DNA of 64,000 nucleotides from Thecamonas trahens ATCC 50062 (Eukaryota > Protista > Apusomonadida), in the NCBI RefSeq assembly GCF_000142905.1, contig NW_013657666.1, forward strand, positions 493,937 to 557,936, given 5' to 3'. Made by a program: the position numbers and the translations under genes. Below are positions 22,252 to 33,600 of this stretch, one piece after another. Within the stretch, counting starts at the first letter, position 1. Each line of letters starts with the position of its first letter. Below the pieces are notes generated by a model. The model did not search any database. It had not been told where the DNA came from and saw only the letters and a list, made by a program, of their open reading frames with translations.

Positions 22252-24114
22252 ATGAGCAGGATAGTGATGTGCTCTCGGAGTGCATGGCTTTTTCTAGCGC
22301 TTTCACTTCTTCTATTCTGTGTTACAGCTGTCTATGGTGCTGGTCACCTCGGCGGCGGTGGTGAGCCGGCGCCCAACGTGGTCGTCCTCGTGGCGGCAGA
22401 CATGGGCATGGAAGACGTCAGGGCGACCCGCTCTGTGCTCTTCTCACAAGGTGGAGATGATGGGAAGGTGGTCCACGGCCAGGGTACTGATGAGGGTAAT
22501 GATGATGATGACGGCATCCATGATGATGATGATGGTCGTCATGTCAATGATCCTCGTCGTGATCATGTTCGTGATGATGGGCATGATGGCGGTGAATCGG
22601 AAGGTCATGGCCAAGTTGGAGGTATCGACAAGCTCGCGCGGCGGGGACGGGTGCTGGAGCACATGGTGGCGGCAGGAGCGCTGGCTACGCCGGCACGGGC
22701 CGGACTGCTCACTGGTAGCTACCCGGTGCGGCTGGGCATGGCGTCGTCAGCGGACACCTTCCGCACGTTCTACTCGCCTGGTCAAGTGGGAGGCCTCCCA
22801 CACGGCACGGTGACGCTTGCAGATGAGCTGCTTGCGCTTGGATACGCCACAGCGGCGGTGGGGACGTGGCATCTGGGGATGTCGGACGCGTCGGCTTGGT
22901 CGCCGAACGGGGCGCATCTTCCACTGGCGCACGGCTTTGAGTCGTACTACGGCATGCCGGTCTCGCACGCGCTGACGTGTGCCGGTGACGGGCTGGGGCG
23001 TGATGCGCCGCGCGATGCGGTCTATATCCTCTTTCTTACCTATCATGTGTGGATCTCGCTGGTCTGCCTCCTCGGTGCGGCCTACACGCTTGGCGCCATC
23101 GGAAGCGTCGGCTTCAAGTTTGGGCTCATGTACGTAGCGGCGGCGATGGGTGGGGTGTACTTGTACGCGGTCTCGTTTTCGGTTCTCAATCCTGCAGCAT
23201 GTGTCCTGTTCCGCGACAACGAGCTTGTGGAGCAGCCTGTGGTGCTGGCGAACCTCACGTCGAGGCTTGTGCAGGAGGCGACGCAGTTTATCGGCGGCGC
23301 TGCGGCGTCGCCGCAACCTTTTTTCCTCTACTTTGCGCTGCCCGAGGCTGACCTGGCGTCGGTGGACGGGGCAGTAGCGGCAGTGGTGGATGCGCTCGAC
23401 GCCGCAGGCGTCTTCGACAACACACTTGTGATCTTTACCTCGGACAACGGGCCCCATCTCGAGCGCGCCACTGCACACGGCCGCGCCCAGGACGGACGCC
23501 AGCTGCGTGGCGGCAAGGGCCAAGTCTGGGACGGTGGTTTCCGGGTGCCTGGCATCATTTCCTGGCCGCACCACATCGAAGGAGGCACGGTGTCGACGCA
23601 CCCAGCGTCACACCTCGACATTGTACCGACGGTTCTTGATGCGGTGCACGGAGTCGGCCGCGGACTGGCAGCTCGGATTGGTCGGAGCCAGCTTGACGGC
23701 GTCTCGCTCGTCGATGCGGCTACCACAAGCCCCGACCGTCCTCTCTTCCACTATTGCGGCGACCAGCTTGCCGCTGTCCGGCTCGGCCGGCGCCATAAGG
23801 TCGTCTACGAGTCGCCGGTGCCCGACGCAGGGACCCAGGCGTGCGCATCGACCTTTGTGTGTGGTTGCCACGGAACGGTCCACGATCCGCCGCTTGTTTT
23901 TGACCTTGCTGCCGATCCATCCGAGAGCGCACCGCTCGCCCCAAGCGACGTTGCAGTTGCCGCAGTCCTTGCTTCTGCTGCTGATGCCGTCCACACACAC
24001 CAGGCTACAGTAAGCAACGTCCCGAACCAGCTCGAGACCATTGCTCGGCCGTGGCTCTTTCCCTGCTGTGACTGGCCCAAATGCCACTGTCTGGAGGCTC
24101 GGACTGCGACATAA
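22252..24114 (+). CDS. Steryl-sulfatase/arylsulfatase-like membrane protein, probably catalytically inactive
   Basis: Signal peptide, PNVVVLVAADMG, TPARAGLLTGSYP, WHLG, HGFESYYGMP, two-TM hairpin, FTSDNG, LRGGKG..WDGGFRVPGI..WP, LFHYC, HDPPLVFDL..DPSE, Cys-rich C-terminus (PCCDWPKCHC). Confidence 0.9.
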   Translation: MSRIVMCSRSAWLFLALSLLLFCVTAVYGAGHLGGGGEPAPNVVVLVAADMGMEDVRATRSVLFSQGGDDGKVVHGQGTDEGNDDDDGIHDDDDGRHVNDPRRDHVRDDGHDGGESEGHGQVGGIDKLARRGRVLEHMVAAGALATPARAGLLTGSYPVRLGMASSADTFRTFYSPGQVGGLPHGTVTLADELLALGYATAAVGTWHLGMSDASAWSPNGAHLPLAHGFESYYGMPVSHALTCAGDGLGRDAPRDAVYILFLTYHVWISLVCLLGAAYTLGAIGSVGFKFGLMYVAAAMGGVYLYAVSFSVLNPAACVLFRDNELVEQPVVLANLTSRLVQEATQFIGGAAASPQPFFLYFALPEADLASVDGAVAAVVDALDAAGVFDNTLVIFTSDNGPHLERATAHGRAQDGRQLRGGKGQVWDGGFRVPGIISWPHHIEGGTVSTHPASHLDIVPTVLDAVHGVGRGLAARIGRSQLDGVSLVDAATTSPDRPLFHYCGDQLAAVRLGRRHKVVYESPVPDAGTQACASTFVCGCHGTVHDPPLVFDLAADPSESAPLAPSDVAVAAVLASAADAVHTHQATVSNVPNQLETIARPWLFPCCDWPKCHCLEARTAT

Positions 24115-24303
24115 ATGATGCATACCCGTGCAGATTACTGTGGATGACCAGAGCCATCATCGCAAGCAGCGTGTGTTGACCGTGAGCAGGAACATGGCGA
24201 TATGCCGAGCTTCGGCCTCTGTCCGAGTCAGTGCCGGCGCGCGGCCTTTGCTGCCGCTCGCGCAAACTCGACGGCCACCTCACTTTGTGCCGTTCTCGAC
24301 GCC

Positions 24304-25935
24304 ATGAGTGCCAACTTTCGTGAACAGGGCATAGCCATTGTGAAGCGGGCAGTAGAGATGGATCATGCCGAGCGCTATGCGGTAGGTGGCTCTTCGCATC
24401 TGGTTAGCCGAGTCAGCGGCATGCTCTGGTCATGTCTCAGCAAGTTGTTCGACGCGCTATTCCATTCTCTCGTCACTATCCATACTTCCGCACATGCGAG
24501 TTTTGATTGGCCTCCATACACGCAGCGTTTTTTCTTGGTTGCTTTCGTCGCGGCGAGAGAGATAACCATGCTCTAGATGGCTACAAGTGCGGTCAATTGT
24601 GATCCAGATGTGTGCGAGGCAAACTCACGAGTGAAAGTTGGATGGAGGTGAATGTAGGAGGCGTATTCGTTGTACACGCGGGCGCTCGAGTACTTTACCA
24701 CCTATCTCAAGTACGAAAAGTCGCCGTCGATGCGGGATGCTGTCCGTGGCAAGGTCATCGAGTACCTGGAGCGTGCGGAGCAGCTGAAGACACATCTGGA
24801 TGACGAGGGCAGAGCAGGTGTGGCGGTCGCAGGTGGCGGAGAGAGCAGCGGAGATGCTGGCGGCAGTGGTGCGACGGGCGCGTCGTCGTCGGCGGGGCCG
24901 GCAGCGTGCAGCGGCGTATCCCGGCGGCGGAGCCGCGACGAGCTGCTCGAGTATTTGGGTGGCGAGACGCTGGCAAACGTGTTGCATCGGCGGGTGGTGG
25001 GCCAGGACACAGCGGTTGACGGGGTGGCTCGCGGCATCATGCGGTACTACGAGGGCTGGCGGATGGGCGAATCGCCTATGGTGTTTCTGTTTGTGGGCCC
25101 GTCGGGGGTGGGCAAGACCGAGCTAGCCAAGGCGATTGCCGAGGCTTGTCTCGGCGACGCCTCGGCGGTACTGCGGGTCGACATGGGCGAGTATCAGGAG
25201 CGGCACTCGGTTGCCAAGCTGCTTGGCGCACCGTCGGGTTATGTCGGCAGCTCGGAAGGCACGTATTTTGCAGAGGAGTTGCGGGCGAATCCGGCGACAG
25301 TGGTGCTCCTCGACGAGGTGGAGAAGGCGCACCCAGACGTTCTGACCGTCATGCTCTCTGTCTTTGACGAGGGCCGGTTCACGCCGTCAAAGGGCGGGAC
25401 GGTGTACGCGTCGGACGCGATCTTCATCATGACGTCCAACCTCGGCGCCGACGTCATCACGGGCATGGCCGACGGCTCGCCGAGCCTCGCGACGTACAAC
25501 AGGGCACTCGAGCCGATTCTCAAGGCGCACTTTAAGCGCGACGAGTTTCTGGGACGCATCGACGACATTCTGCCGTTTGAGCCGTTTACGCCGCAGGACC
25601 TGGCATCGGTCATCAACCTCTTCCTCGCCAAGTGGGTCCACCTCGCCGCAAGCCGGCACGGGCTGGACCTCACGTTTGACGCTGCGGTGGTAGATGCGGT
25701 GATGGCGCAGTACAATCCCAAGTACGGGGTGCGGTCGGTCAAGCACATCATCGAGCGCGAGGTCGGCAACACGCTCGCCGACGCCTCGAGCGCAGGCCTC
25801 CTTACCCGTGGGGTGGCGGCGCAGGTGACGGTGGGCGACGCAGGCAACCTGGTGGTTGAACTCATCGACACACCGCGCCGCGAGTCGGGCAGCGAGCCGG
25901 TGAGCCAGAGCGCGGCGGCGATTCTTGCTGTGTAG
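24304..25935 (+). CDS. MIT domain (Vps4-like) fused to a Skd3/CLPB-type AAA+ ATPase domain; two exons, 24304..24381 and 24658..25935
   Basis: The GT-AG intron 24382..24657 joins MSANFREQGIAIVKRAVEMDHAERYA to EAYSLYTRALEYF..KYEK..EYLERAEQLK. AAA motifs: VVGQ, GPSGVGKTELAK, GYVG, LLDEVEKAHPDV, IFIMTSN, PILKAHFKRDEFLGRID, YGVRSVKH. Confidence 0.9.
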
Positions 25936-25950
25936 CGACCGACGAGGAAG

Positions 25951-26784
25951 CTACAGGGCAAGGATGTCGTCCGAGGTGGCGACGATGGAGAACATGGCGT
26001 CCGAGACCCGGGCCTGCGGGAGGGCGCGGACAACGGCAAGCTGCAGAAAAGTGACGAGGGTAGCAGCCATGTAGTAGATGCCGACCGAGACCGGATCGGT
26101 CACCCACATGTTCGAGGGGACCATGTCAAAGGCCAGACCCATGGCGAAGAAGAACGAGATGATAAAGACCATGCGGGTGTAGTGCTGGGCGAGGAGGCCT
26201 TCATCGTCGGCATGCAGCCGATCGCCGTAGAGATAGAGGACGTAGCCGATGCCAGAGTTGGCAACCAGTAGGGCGAGGAGCAAGATCGAGTTGACCACTA
26301 CTGTTGCGGTCTCTAGCCTGGACCTTGCAGCAGCAAGAGAGCCGGCGGGCATGACCACAAAGACCAAGATGATATGCAAGGTAGCGACAAGAATGACGCC
26401 CAGAACAGCGATCATGCTCGAAGCGGAACGAGAGAGTAGAGCCACCGGAGTAGCAGCAGCAGCTTGAAACACAGCAGCCCATTGAGCCACAAGCATGACG
26501 AGAGCAGCAGCCGATGCAGCGGCGAGTAGAGCGGTGACGACGATGAGACCAGGATTTCCAAGACCATGACCAGCAGGATGATCATCATCATAACCAGTGG
26601 CACCAAAAGACAACATAAAGGTCCGAGTCAAAGATGCAAAGACAATGGTGAGCAAGTACGACTTGATGGTACTCCACCTCCTTCCACGGACAAAGGCAAA
26701 GTAGAGCCAAGAGAGTCCGCCGAGGAACAACAAGCCATTGCAGATGCAGAGGGCAATGACCACGTAATAGAAGGTAAACTCCAT
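25951..26784 (-). CDS. Seven-transmembrane protein, possibly THH1/TOM1/TOM3 (GPR137-like) family
   Basis: Seven hydrophobic segments; TM2 Arg (LTRTF), TM3 end LVAQWAAVF and TM5 end LYLYGDRL resemble that family. Confidence 0.6.
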   Translation of the reverse strand: MEFTFYYVVIALCICNGLLFLGGLSWLYFAFVRGRRWSTIKSYLLTIVFASLTRTFMLSFGATGYDDDHPAGHGLGNPGLIVVTALLAAASAAALVMLVAQWAAVFQAAAATPVALLSRSASSMIAVLGVILVATLHIILVFVVMPAGSLAAARSRLETATVVVNSILLLALLVANSGIGYVLYLYGDRLHADDEGLLAQHYTRMVFIISFFFAMGLAFDMVPSNMWVTDPVSVGIYYMAATLVTFLQLAVVRALPQARVSDAMFSIVATSDDILAL

Positions 26785-27505
26785 GAGTGGGTGGGAGGGA
26801 TGTGTGCGTGTGTGTGTGTGTGTGAGGGGTGTGTGTGTGTGTGTGGTGGTGTGTGTGGTGGTGGTGTGTGTGGTGGTGGTGGTGGTGGGTGGGTGGGTGG
26901 GTGGAAGGCGGGGTCAGTGGGCGGAGTCAGTCGGTGGGCGGAGTCGGTCGGTGGGCGGAGTCGGTGAGCGGGTGGGTTTGGGCTGTGGGTGGAGTCGGTC
27001 GGTGGGCGGAGTCGAACGGGTTCGGTGGCTGGTTGGCTGGTTGGTTGGTTGGGGGGTATTGCCTGAGATGCGATAGGTATCGGGTTGGTGTTGGTCTTTG
27101 CCATCGTGTTGAATGGGGTGAAGGGGGGAGATGGGATCGGTTGTGATAGAGGCGACCAGGGGAGGGAGGGGGGGGGGCGGATGAGGTACGCGAGGAGGTC
27201 AGAATATTGATAGTTGATGAGATGGCTGGCTTTGGAAGCGATAGAGAAGATTAAAGCGACTGTGATGGTAAACTCAGCCGAGGGCCATGTGGTGGTGTGG
27301 CCATGACTTTGCTCAGGTCTCCTCCACCCGCCACGCAGTCACCCCGTGGTCCTGACCCGATCCCTGCCACCTCACCCTCCTCCCCTCCTCAGTGTCGAGT
27401 GGTGGGCGGCGTTGCTTTCATGAAACCCCACCCCATATTGAGCGGGCTCTGCTCTCTCCTTATAGAGAGAAGATTGCGGGCCCTCTTTCCCTACCCCCCC
27501 CCCCC

Positions 27506-27605
27506 NNNNNNNNNNNNNNNNNNNNNNNNNNNNNNNNNNNNNNNNNNNNNNNNNNNNNNNNNNNNNNNNNNNNNNNNNNNNNNNNNNNNNNNNNNNNNNN
27601 NNNNN
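27506..27605. other. Assembly gap (100 N)
   Basis: Run of N flanked by poly-C. Confidence 1.
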
Positions 27606-27638
27606 CCCCCCCCTCCCACACACAGTCCAGCTATTGAC

Positions 27639-30600
27639 ATGCTGGGTTCACTAGCGTCCTCGCTCTTCACCCGAGCACTTGGGGAGTACTTTGAATCCCA
27701 CTCACTGGCATCTGTTGGCCTCCGCGACTCTTCTGTCCACTTTACCGATGTGGTCCTCGCACCTGCTGTCATTGACTCGCTCGGCCTGCCTTTGGCGCTC
27801 TTTCACGGCACAGCCAAATCGCTCACCTTTACCGCTCCGCTAAAGAAGCTCAACTCGTCGCCGGCTTCGCTTGTCATGTCAGACATTGCTATTGTTCTCG
27901 TTCCGCCGGGTTGGGATCTTGCTCGCGCCCATGCCGCAAAGATCAGAGCTTTAGAGTCGCTAGAGGCTCGCAAGGCTGCCATCGCCTCGCGCCCGGATTC
28001 GCCTTCATCAGACTCGCCCGCAGCCGCCGCGTCGCCAACTGCCGCCGCCTCCTCATCGGCGCCCGAGACCGAGTCCAAGTCGTCACGCCTCCTCGCCTCT
28101 GTTGTCTCGAACATGTCGCTCGAGCTGAACAATGTCCACGTCCGCATCGAGCTTGATTCCGCTTCCGCAGCCGCCGCACCCGTCGCACTCGGCTTTACCT
28201 GTGAGCGCCTCACTGTCGACACCACCGACGCCGACTTTCAGACCGCCTTTGTCAAGGCCGTCCTTCCCTTTGTCTACCGCTCTGCGGCTCTTGCCGGCTT
28301 CTCCATCTACGCCGGCGTCGTCGCCCCGGCGTCCCTCGTCTCCCGCCATCCCGTTCCTCACTTTGCCAAGCACATGGCTGCCGCCGCTGAGGCCGCGCCA
28401 CGTGATGTTCTCCTCCTCCCTACGTCAGCATCTGCCCGGCTCCAGCAGCCGCGCTCACCAACCGACCTTCTCACCCTCGCCCTCGACCTCGATGCCCTCT
28501 CTGCTTCGGTCTCGCCACACGCCCTCGCGGCGCTCTCCCGCTTGCGCGACGCGCTCCTTGCCCCGCGGGCCCCAGCGCCACACCTCGCCCACCGCCCGCG
28601 CGTCCCCGTCCTCGCAGACCCGCTTGCCTGGTTTCGCTACGCCGCCACCGCCGTCCTCGCTCAGGTCCACGACCGCGCCTCACGTCGCACCCCGCGCTAC
28701 CTCGCCGCCCGCCGCAAGGCGCGTCTCGCTTACATGAATCTTTGGCAGGAGATCCTCACCTCCAAGGATGGCAAGCTCAAGCGCAAGGCCGACGCCGCAG
28801 CTCTCGACACCCTAGAGCACGAGCTCTCCTTTGACGACATCCGCCTCTTCCGCATCATGGCTGAAATATCCCTGGCAAAGTCCAATGCCCTCGCCCTTCG
28901 CTTCCCCAACGCGCCCGCTGCCCTCCGTCTCGCAGGCAAGCGCTCCCGCAAGACCTCAGTTGCCTCCCGCATGATGCGCGTCTTCCGCAAGCCACCGCCT
29001 GCCCCGGCTGTCGCCCCGCCGCCTGCTTCCGGAAAGGCGACCATCTCGCAGCAGCCCAAGTCGCTCGGCTCGCTCGACGACTGGCTCACAGAAGACCAGT
29101 GGGCCGAGTTGTATGCTGCCCTCGCCTGTGACGCTGCGTCTGACCTGACCGAGTCTTCACCGGCATCCACCCCGCGTACATCTGCCACAGCCACGCCCGA
29201 CGACGCCGCCCTATCCACCCGTCTCTCGCTCTCGGTCGGCCTCCTTCGCGTCGCCGTTATCGACGCCGCCGGTTCTCGCCTTGCCACCCTCGCCTCGGGC
29301 GCCCTCTCTACCTCGTACACCTCCACCCTTGGTGGCTCGTTTCACGTAGATGCCGCCCTCTCGCGCCTCAAAGCCTTTGACCACACCCAAACCGACGGCA
29401 AGCGCAAGCTCGTTCTTGGCCCGCGATTTGCCTCTCGCGGCGCAGCTGCAGATACCCCAGACTTTGCTCTCACCTACGCCGGGCATGCGTCCGACAGCGG
29501 GACCGCCTCCGGAGACGTCGCCACCTCGATCGCCATCCGTGCAGCCCCGCTCCTCGCCCATGCCTCGCTCCCGCTCGCCCACGCCGTCACTCACGCCTTT
29601 GCGCATCCGGCAGACACTCGCGCCGCAGACTCGTGGGAGCATCTTTACGCCCGCTACGGTGACTCGTGGCACCTCTTTGCGCGCGAGATCACGGCGCAGC
29701 TCAACCAAGCGCTTGCCCCGGCCTCCTCTCCGCGCGACCTCAGCCTCGACGTCGGCGACTCGCGCCTCGTCTTTGATCTGCCCGGCTCCGGCGAGGCGCT
29801 CGTCCTCGATTTTGGCTCGGTCACCTGCGTCCGCCCATCAACGACATCGGTTTTGCCACCGCCCCCTCCCTGCCTTCCCGCCTCTTGCGCACCGGCAGAT
29901 GGAGAGCCGCCCTCAGGCGCCGCAGTCGAGTCCATGGTCGCTGCATCTGCCTCGGCCTACGACCACTTTGCGCTCGCCCTCTCCGGCGCCACCATCTGGA
30001 TGTCGACCGGCTCGCTCGCGTCGGGGGCGAGACAGCTCCGCCGCCGGACGCGCACATCCTCCTGCCGGCCCTCACGCTCCCATTCACGCTCCACTGGGCT
30101 CGCGCCAAGCCGGACCCGTCTCTCCCAAGCCTCTTCCTGGCCGGCCACTTTACATCGCCCATCACGCTCCACATCTCCGACGCCTCGCTCGGCCAGCTCA
30201 TCCGGCTCGGCACCGCATGGGCAGACGTGGGCTCGGCAGCGCCGCCGCCACCGCCAACTGCGCCGCCGTCGCCGGCCGCGCTCGCCCAAGCTTCGTCTGA
30301 AGCCGAGCTCTTGCCGACCGCTGTCCGCTCACTCTCGTCCGATACTCTTGCACTCCTTGTTCCGTCCACTCTGCTGGCTGCCCGCGTCACCTTCGCATCA
30401 CTTGCTGTCGAGCTTCACTCTGCCCGCGAGGATGCGCCGCCGCTACTTGTCCTCACCGCCAACGGCATCGATCTTCAGCGGACCGGCCGCATGTTCGACA
30501 CCAGGACTTCGGCGAGTCTCACCAGCGGCGTCGCGCTCCACTTTGCCGATCGTCGCAAGCCCGTCATCCATATTTCATCTCTGGCCTACTCTGCCCTCGC

Positions 30601-33600
30601 CGTCTCGCCGCTCTCGCCCCTGCACGCCTCGCCACGCTCCGGCCCGCTTTTCACCAAATCTGTCCACGTCGGTGACATTGCTCTCGACCTGCTACCGCCG
30701 GCTGTCGATGCCGTCCTCCTATGGCTATCGCACGTCGTCGCTGGCTCTGGTCCGCCAGGAAGCTCGGGTCCGCCCCTTGCCCAGGGCTCGCTGTCTGCCA
30801 CCGCCTCGTCCTCGCTAGCCCAGGTTCACGGCAGGTACTCACTCGCCCTCTACGGCGCCGCAATCACCGTCGTCACCGCAGCAGCAGACGATAGGCCACT
30901 GGCGACTGCTTCTGTGCCGGCCTGGCGCATCACCAGCATGACTACCCGTGACTTGTCCGAGCTCCTTGTCGAGCTTGACGACCTGGCTCTTACCGACGCC
31001 ACTACCCCACACGCCCGCTACGCCACCATTCTTGCCGCGCCGGAGCAAGACTCCAAGCTCGTATCTATATCGGTGCACGAGTCGACCACCGCTGCCGTCG
31101 TGGACGTCGCCATTGCCCCACTCGAGCTGATTGTGCTCGGCTCCTCGCTAGCGATGCTGGGCAAGGTTGCCGAGTATGCCGCCACTGCCGGCGCTGAACT
31201 TGCCCTCTGTGCCGACGGCTTTGGACGCGGCCGTCTTGACCGTCTCACCCCATCTGCCCTCGAGGAGTGGTCCGCCCGTCTGCAGGCTCTCGACCTCAGC
31301 TACGCCCTCTCGACCGGCGCCGCAAGGATCGTCGTCCCAGCTGCTGCCGCCGGCCCGCACGTCTTTATCGCTTCCGCCACCCGTATCAAAGCAAGATCTG
31401 GCGCGGTAGGCGCTCCTGGCTTTCAACTCACTGTTGCCGACGCCAGCATCAGTACGGGCCGCCACGGCGCGCTCTCTGGCCTTGCTGACAGGCTCATCGT
31501 CCTACCGGTCGACATTGTGGTCTTGCAGCAGGAGAAGCTCAAGCTGTGGGAGCTGGCCTGGGCCCACTCTGTCACTGCCCAGCTTGGCCCCGACGACATC
31601 GAACTCCTCACAACTCTTCTCACCGCCGAGAGCGGCAACATGCGCGACATCGGGCCGTTGCTCGACCTCGCCTCGCCGACCGCACACCCGCCGGCACCTG
31701 CACTGGAAGCTACTCCTTCTTACCGGGATGGCCCTGTGAGCTTGGCCTTTGAGCTCGCATTGCGGCTTCCAGGCGCATCGCTGCACCTTGCTGACGCTGC
31801 CGGTATCGAGCTTTTCCGCGTCAAAGCTGGCGAGCTGTCCCTAGATCTCTCCCGATACTCGGACGGTCTCGTTTCTGCGAACGCTGCTCTAGCCGCAGCC
31901 TCGCTCGGCGACACCACCACTCCGTCGCATCGCTTGCATCCGGCACACGCCCAGGCTGCCGGTGTGTGTGCTGTCAGAGTGCAACTCACCACAGGCGGGC
32001 CTGACCTCGCGCTCAGCGTAGTGCTCAGCCTCGATGGGCTCACGGTGTACCCACTCCACCCCGTCTGGGAGCAGGTGGCGACGCTGGTGCCGACTAGCAC
32101 GTCGTCGTCGCCGGCTGACTGCCCTGGCTCACCATCGCGCGCCTCACTTCTCGAGGCCATTGAGGCCCGCGCCGCGCGGATGAGCATCAGTGCCACACTC
32201 TGTGATCTACAGCTGCTCTTTCTCGGCCAGCCGGCGTCGCATGTCTCTGACACCGTTGCAGTCCTCCTCGACGTACTCGACACTAGCTACGCGCACAACG
32301 CGCGGCGGGCACAGACAAGTGCGTTTGCTTCGTTCAAGCACTGTCAAGTTGTTCGGTGTGTAGCTGCGGCTGCCAAGCGAAGCACCATCCTTGCGCCCGC
32401 CACGCTCGAGTTGCACCTGGCATCGGCAGGCACAGAGCCGCTTGACCTCGACGTCGACATCTCTGCGCTGAGCATCGACATCTCTGCGCGAGACCTTGTC
32501 CTCGTTCGCGCTATTCTGGAACAATTGCCACCGTCAGATGATGTAGGCGCCATTGCTGTCGAGGAGACACCGGCTCTGACAGGACCAGCGCGGCTCCAGG
32601 CGCAGCTGCGGCGGTCGCTGCATTTGCTGAGCCGACTCGCCCGCGGGCGCGCGGGAAGCGAGCAGCTGTCGGTGACTGCCAAGGCGATACAGGTCCTTGT
32701 GGTCGATGATCGAGGGGAATGTCTTGCGACGCCAGTCGGTCGAAGCGGGCTCTCCGCCGTCGAGCTGCAGCTGGCTGGCTGGAGCGATGATGCGACTGCA
32801 AACGGTGTCGTCACTTTTGAGCTCAGCGCCGATGTGTACAACACCGAGACGGTGGCGTGGGAGCCACTCGTCGAACCCTGGACTGCGTTTGCCAAGCTCG
32901 TGACGGGATGCGTCGTCGAGGCCGGCTCGACCCGGTGCCTCAACATCAACGCCACCCCACGCGCTGTCGGTGTACTCCTGTCCGGAGTGGCACTGATCGA
33001 GGCCCGGTCAGCGGGCGGCCGCAAGGTGGGATGGGCGGCAGCAGCGGCGGCCGCTGCCGCGGCCGATGTCGACTCGCCGTCGCTCAATGCCATGCCATAT
33101 CGGTTGGTTAACGAGACTGGCGAGCCGCTCACGCTCTCGTACGCCATCGATGCCGAGGAGTCGCTACCGGTGGAGACGACTTCAGTTCGCCGCGGCGATG
33201 TGGTCGGCTTTGCGCTGGAGACACCCGGCCGGGCCGCGCGGCGCGACGGCGACGCGCACCACGACGTCCACATTCAAATCCGCGGCTACCAGCCGGGTAT
33301 CCATGTCGACGTCGACGCAGTCGGCGCGGCAGCCTACGCTGTGGTGTGCACCGAGACCGGCGCTGCACGACAGGTTGTTGTCGCAGTTGCCATGGCTCAT
33401 CGGTGCAAGGTTCTCCGCATCGGCTCGGGCCTCGCGGTTGCCAATAACTGCACCGAGCCGCTAGCGATTCGCGAGGCTGGCACTGAGGGTGACGGGTGGC
33501 AGTTGCCGGCTGGTGACCGCATCCCAATCCCACTCGCTGCGGCACAGTCGGCGTTTGAGGTGGCACTCCCGCATTGCGCGTGGTCGACCTCGGTCATCGA

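Noticed and set aside
24670-25935. Annotation as Vps4 or as bacterial ClpB/Hsp104
   Set aside because: Only the MIT domain is Vps4-like. There is a single HCLR-clade AAA domain with no NBD1 or M-domain, and a spliceosomal intron argues against bacterial contamination.
26912-27012. Tandem GGGCGG (GC-box-like) repeats as a defined regulatory element
   Set aside because: Indistinguishable from the surrounding G-rich simple repeats without functional data
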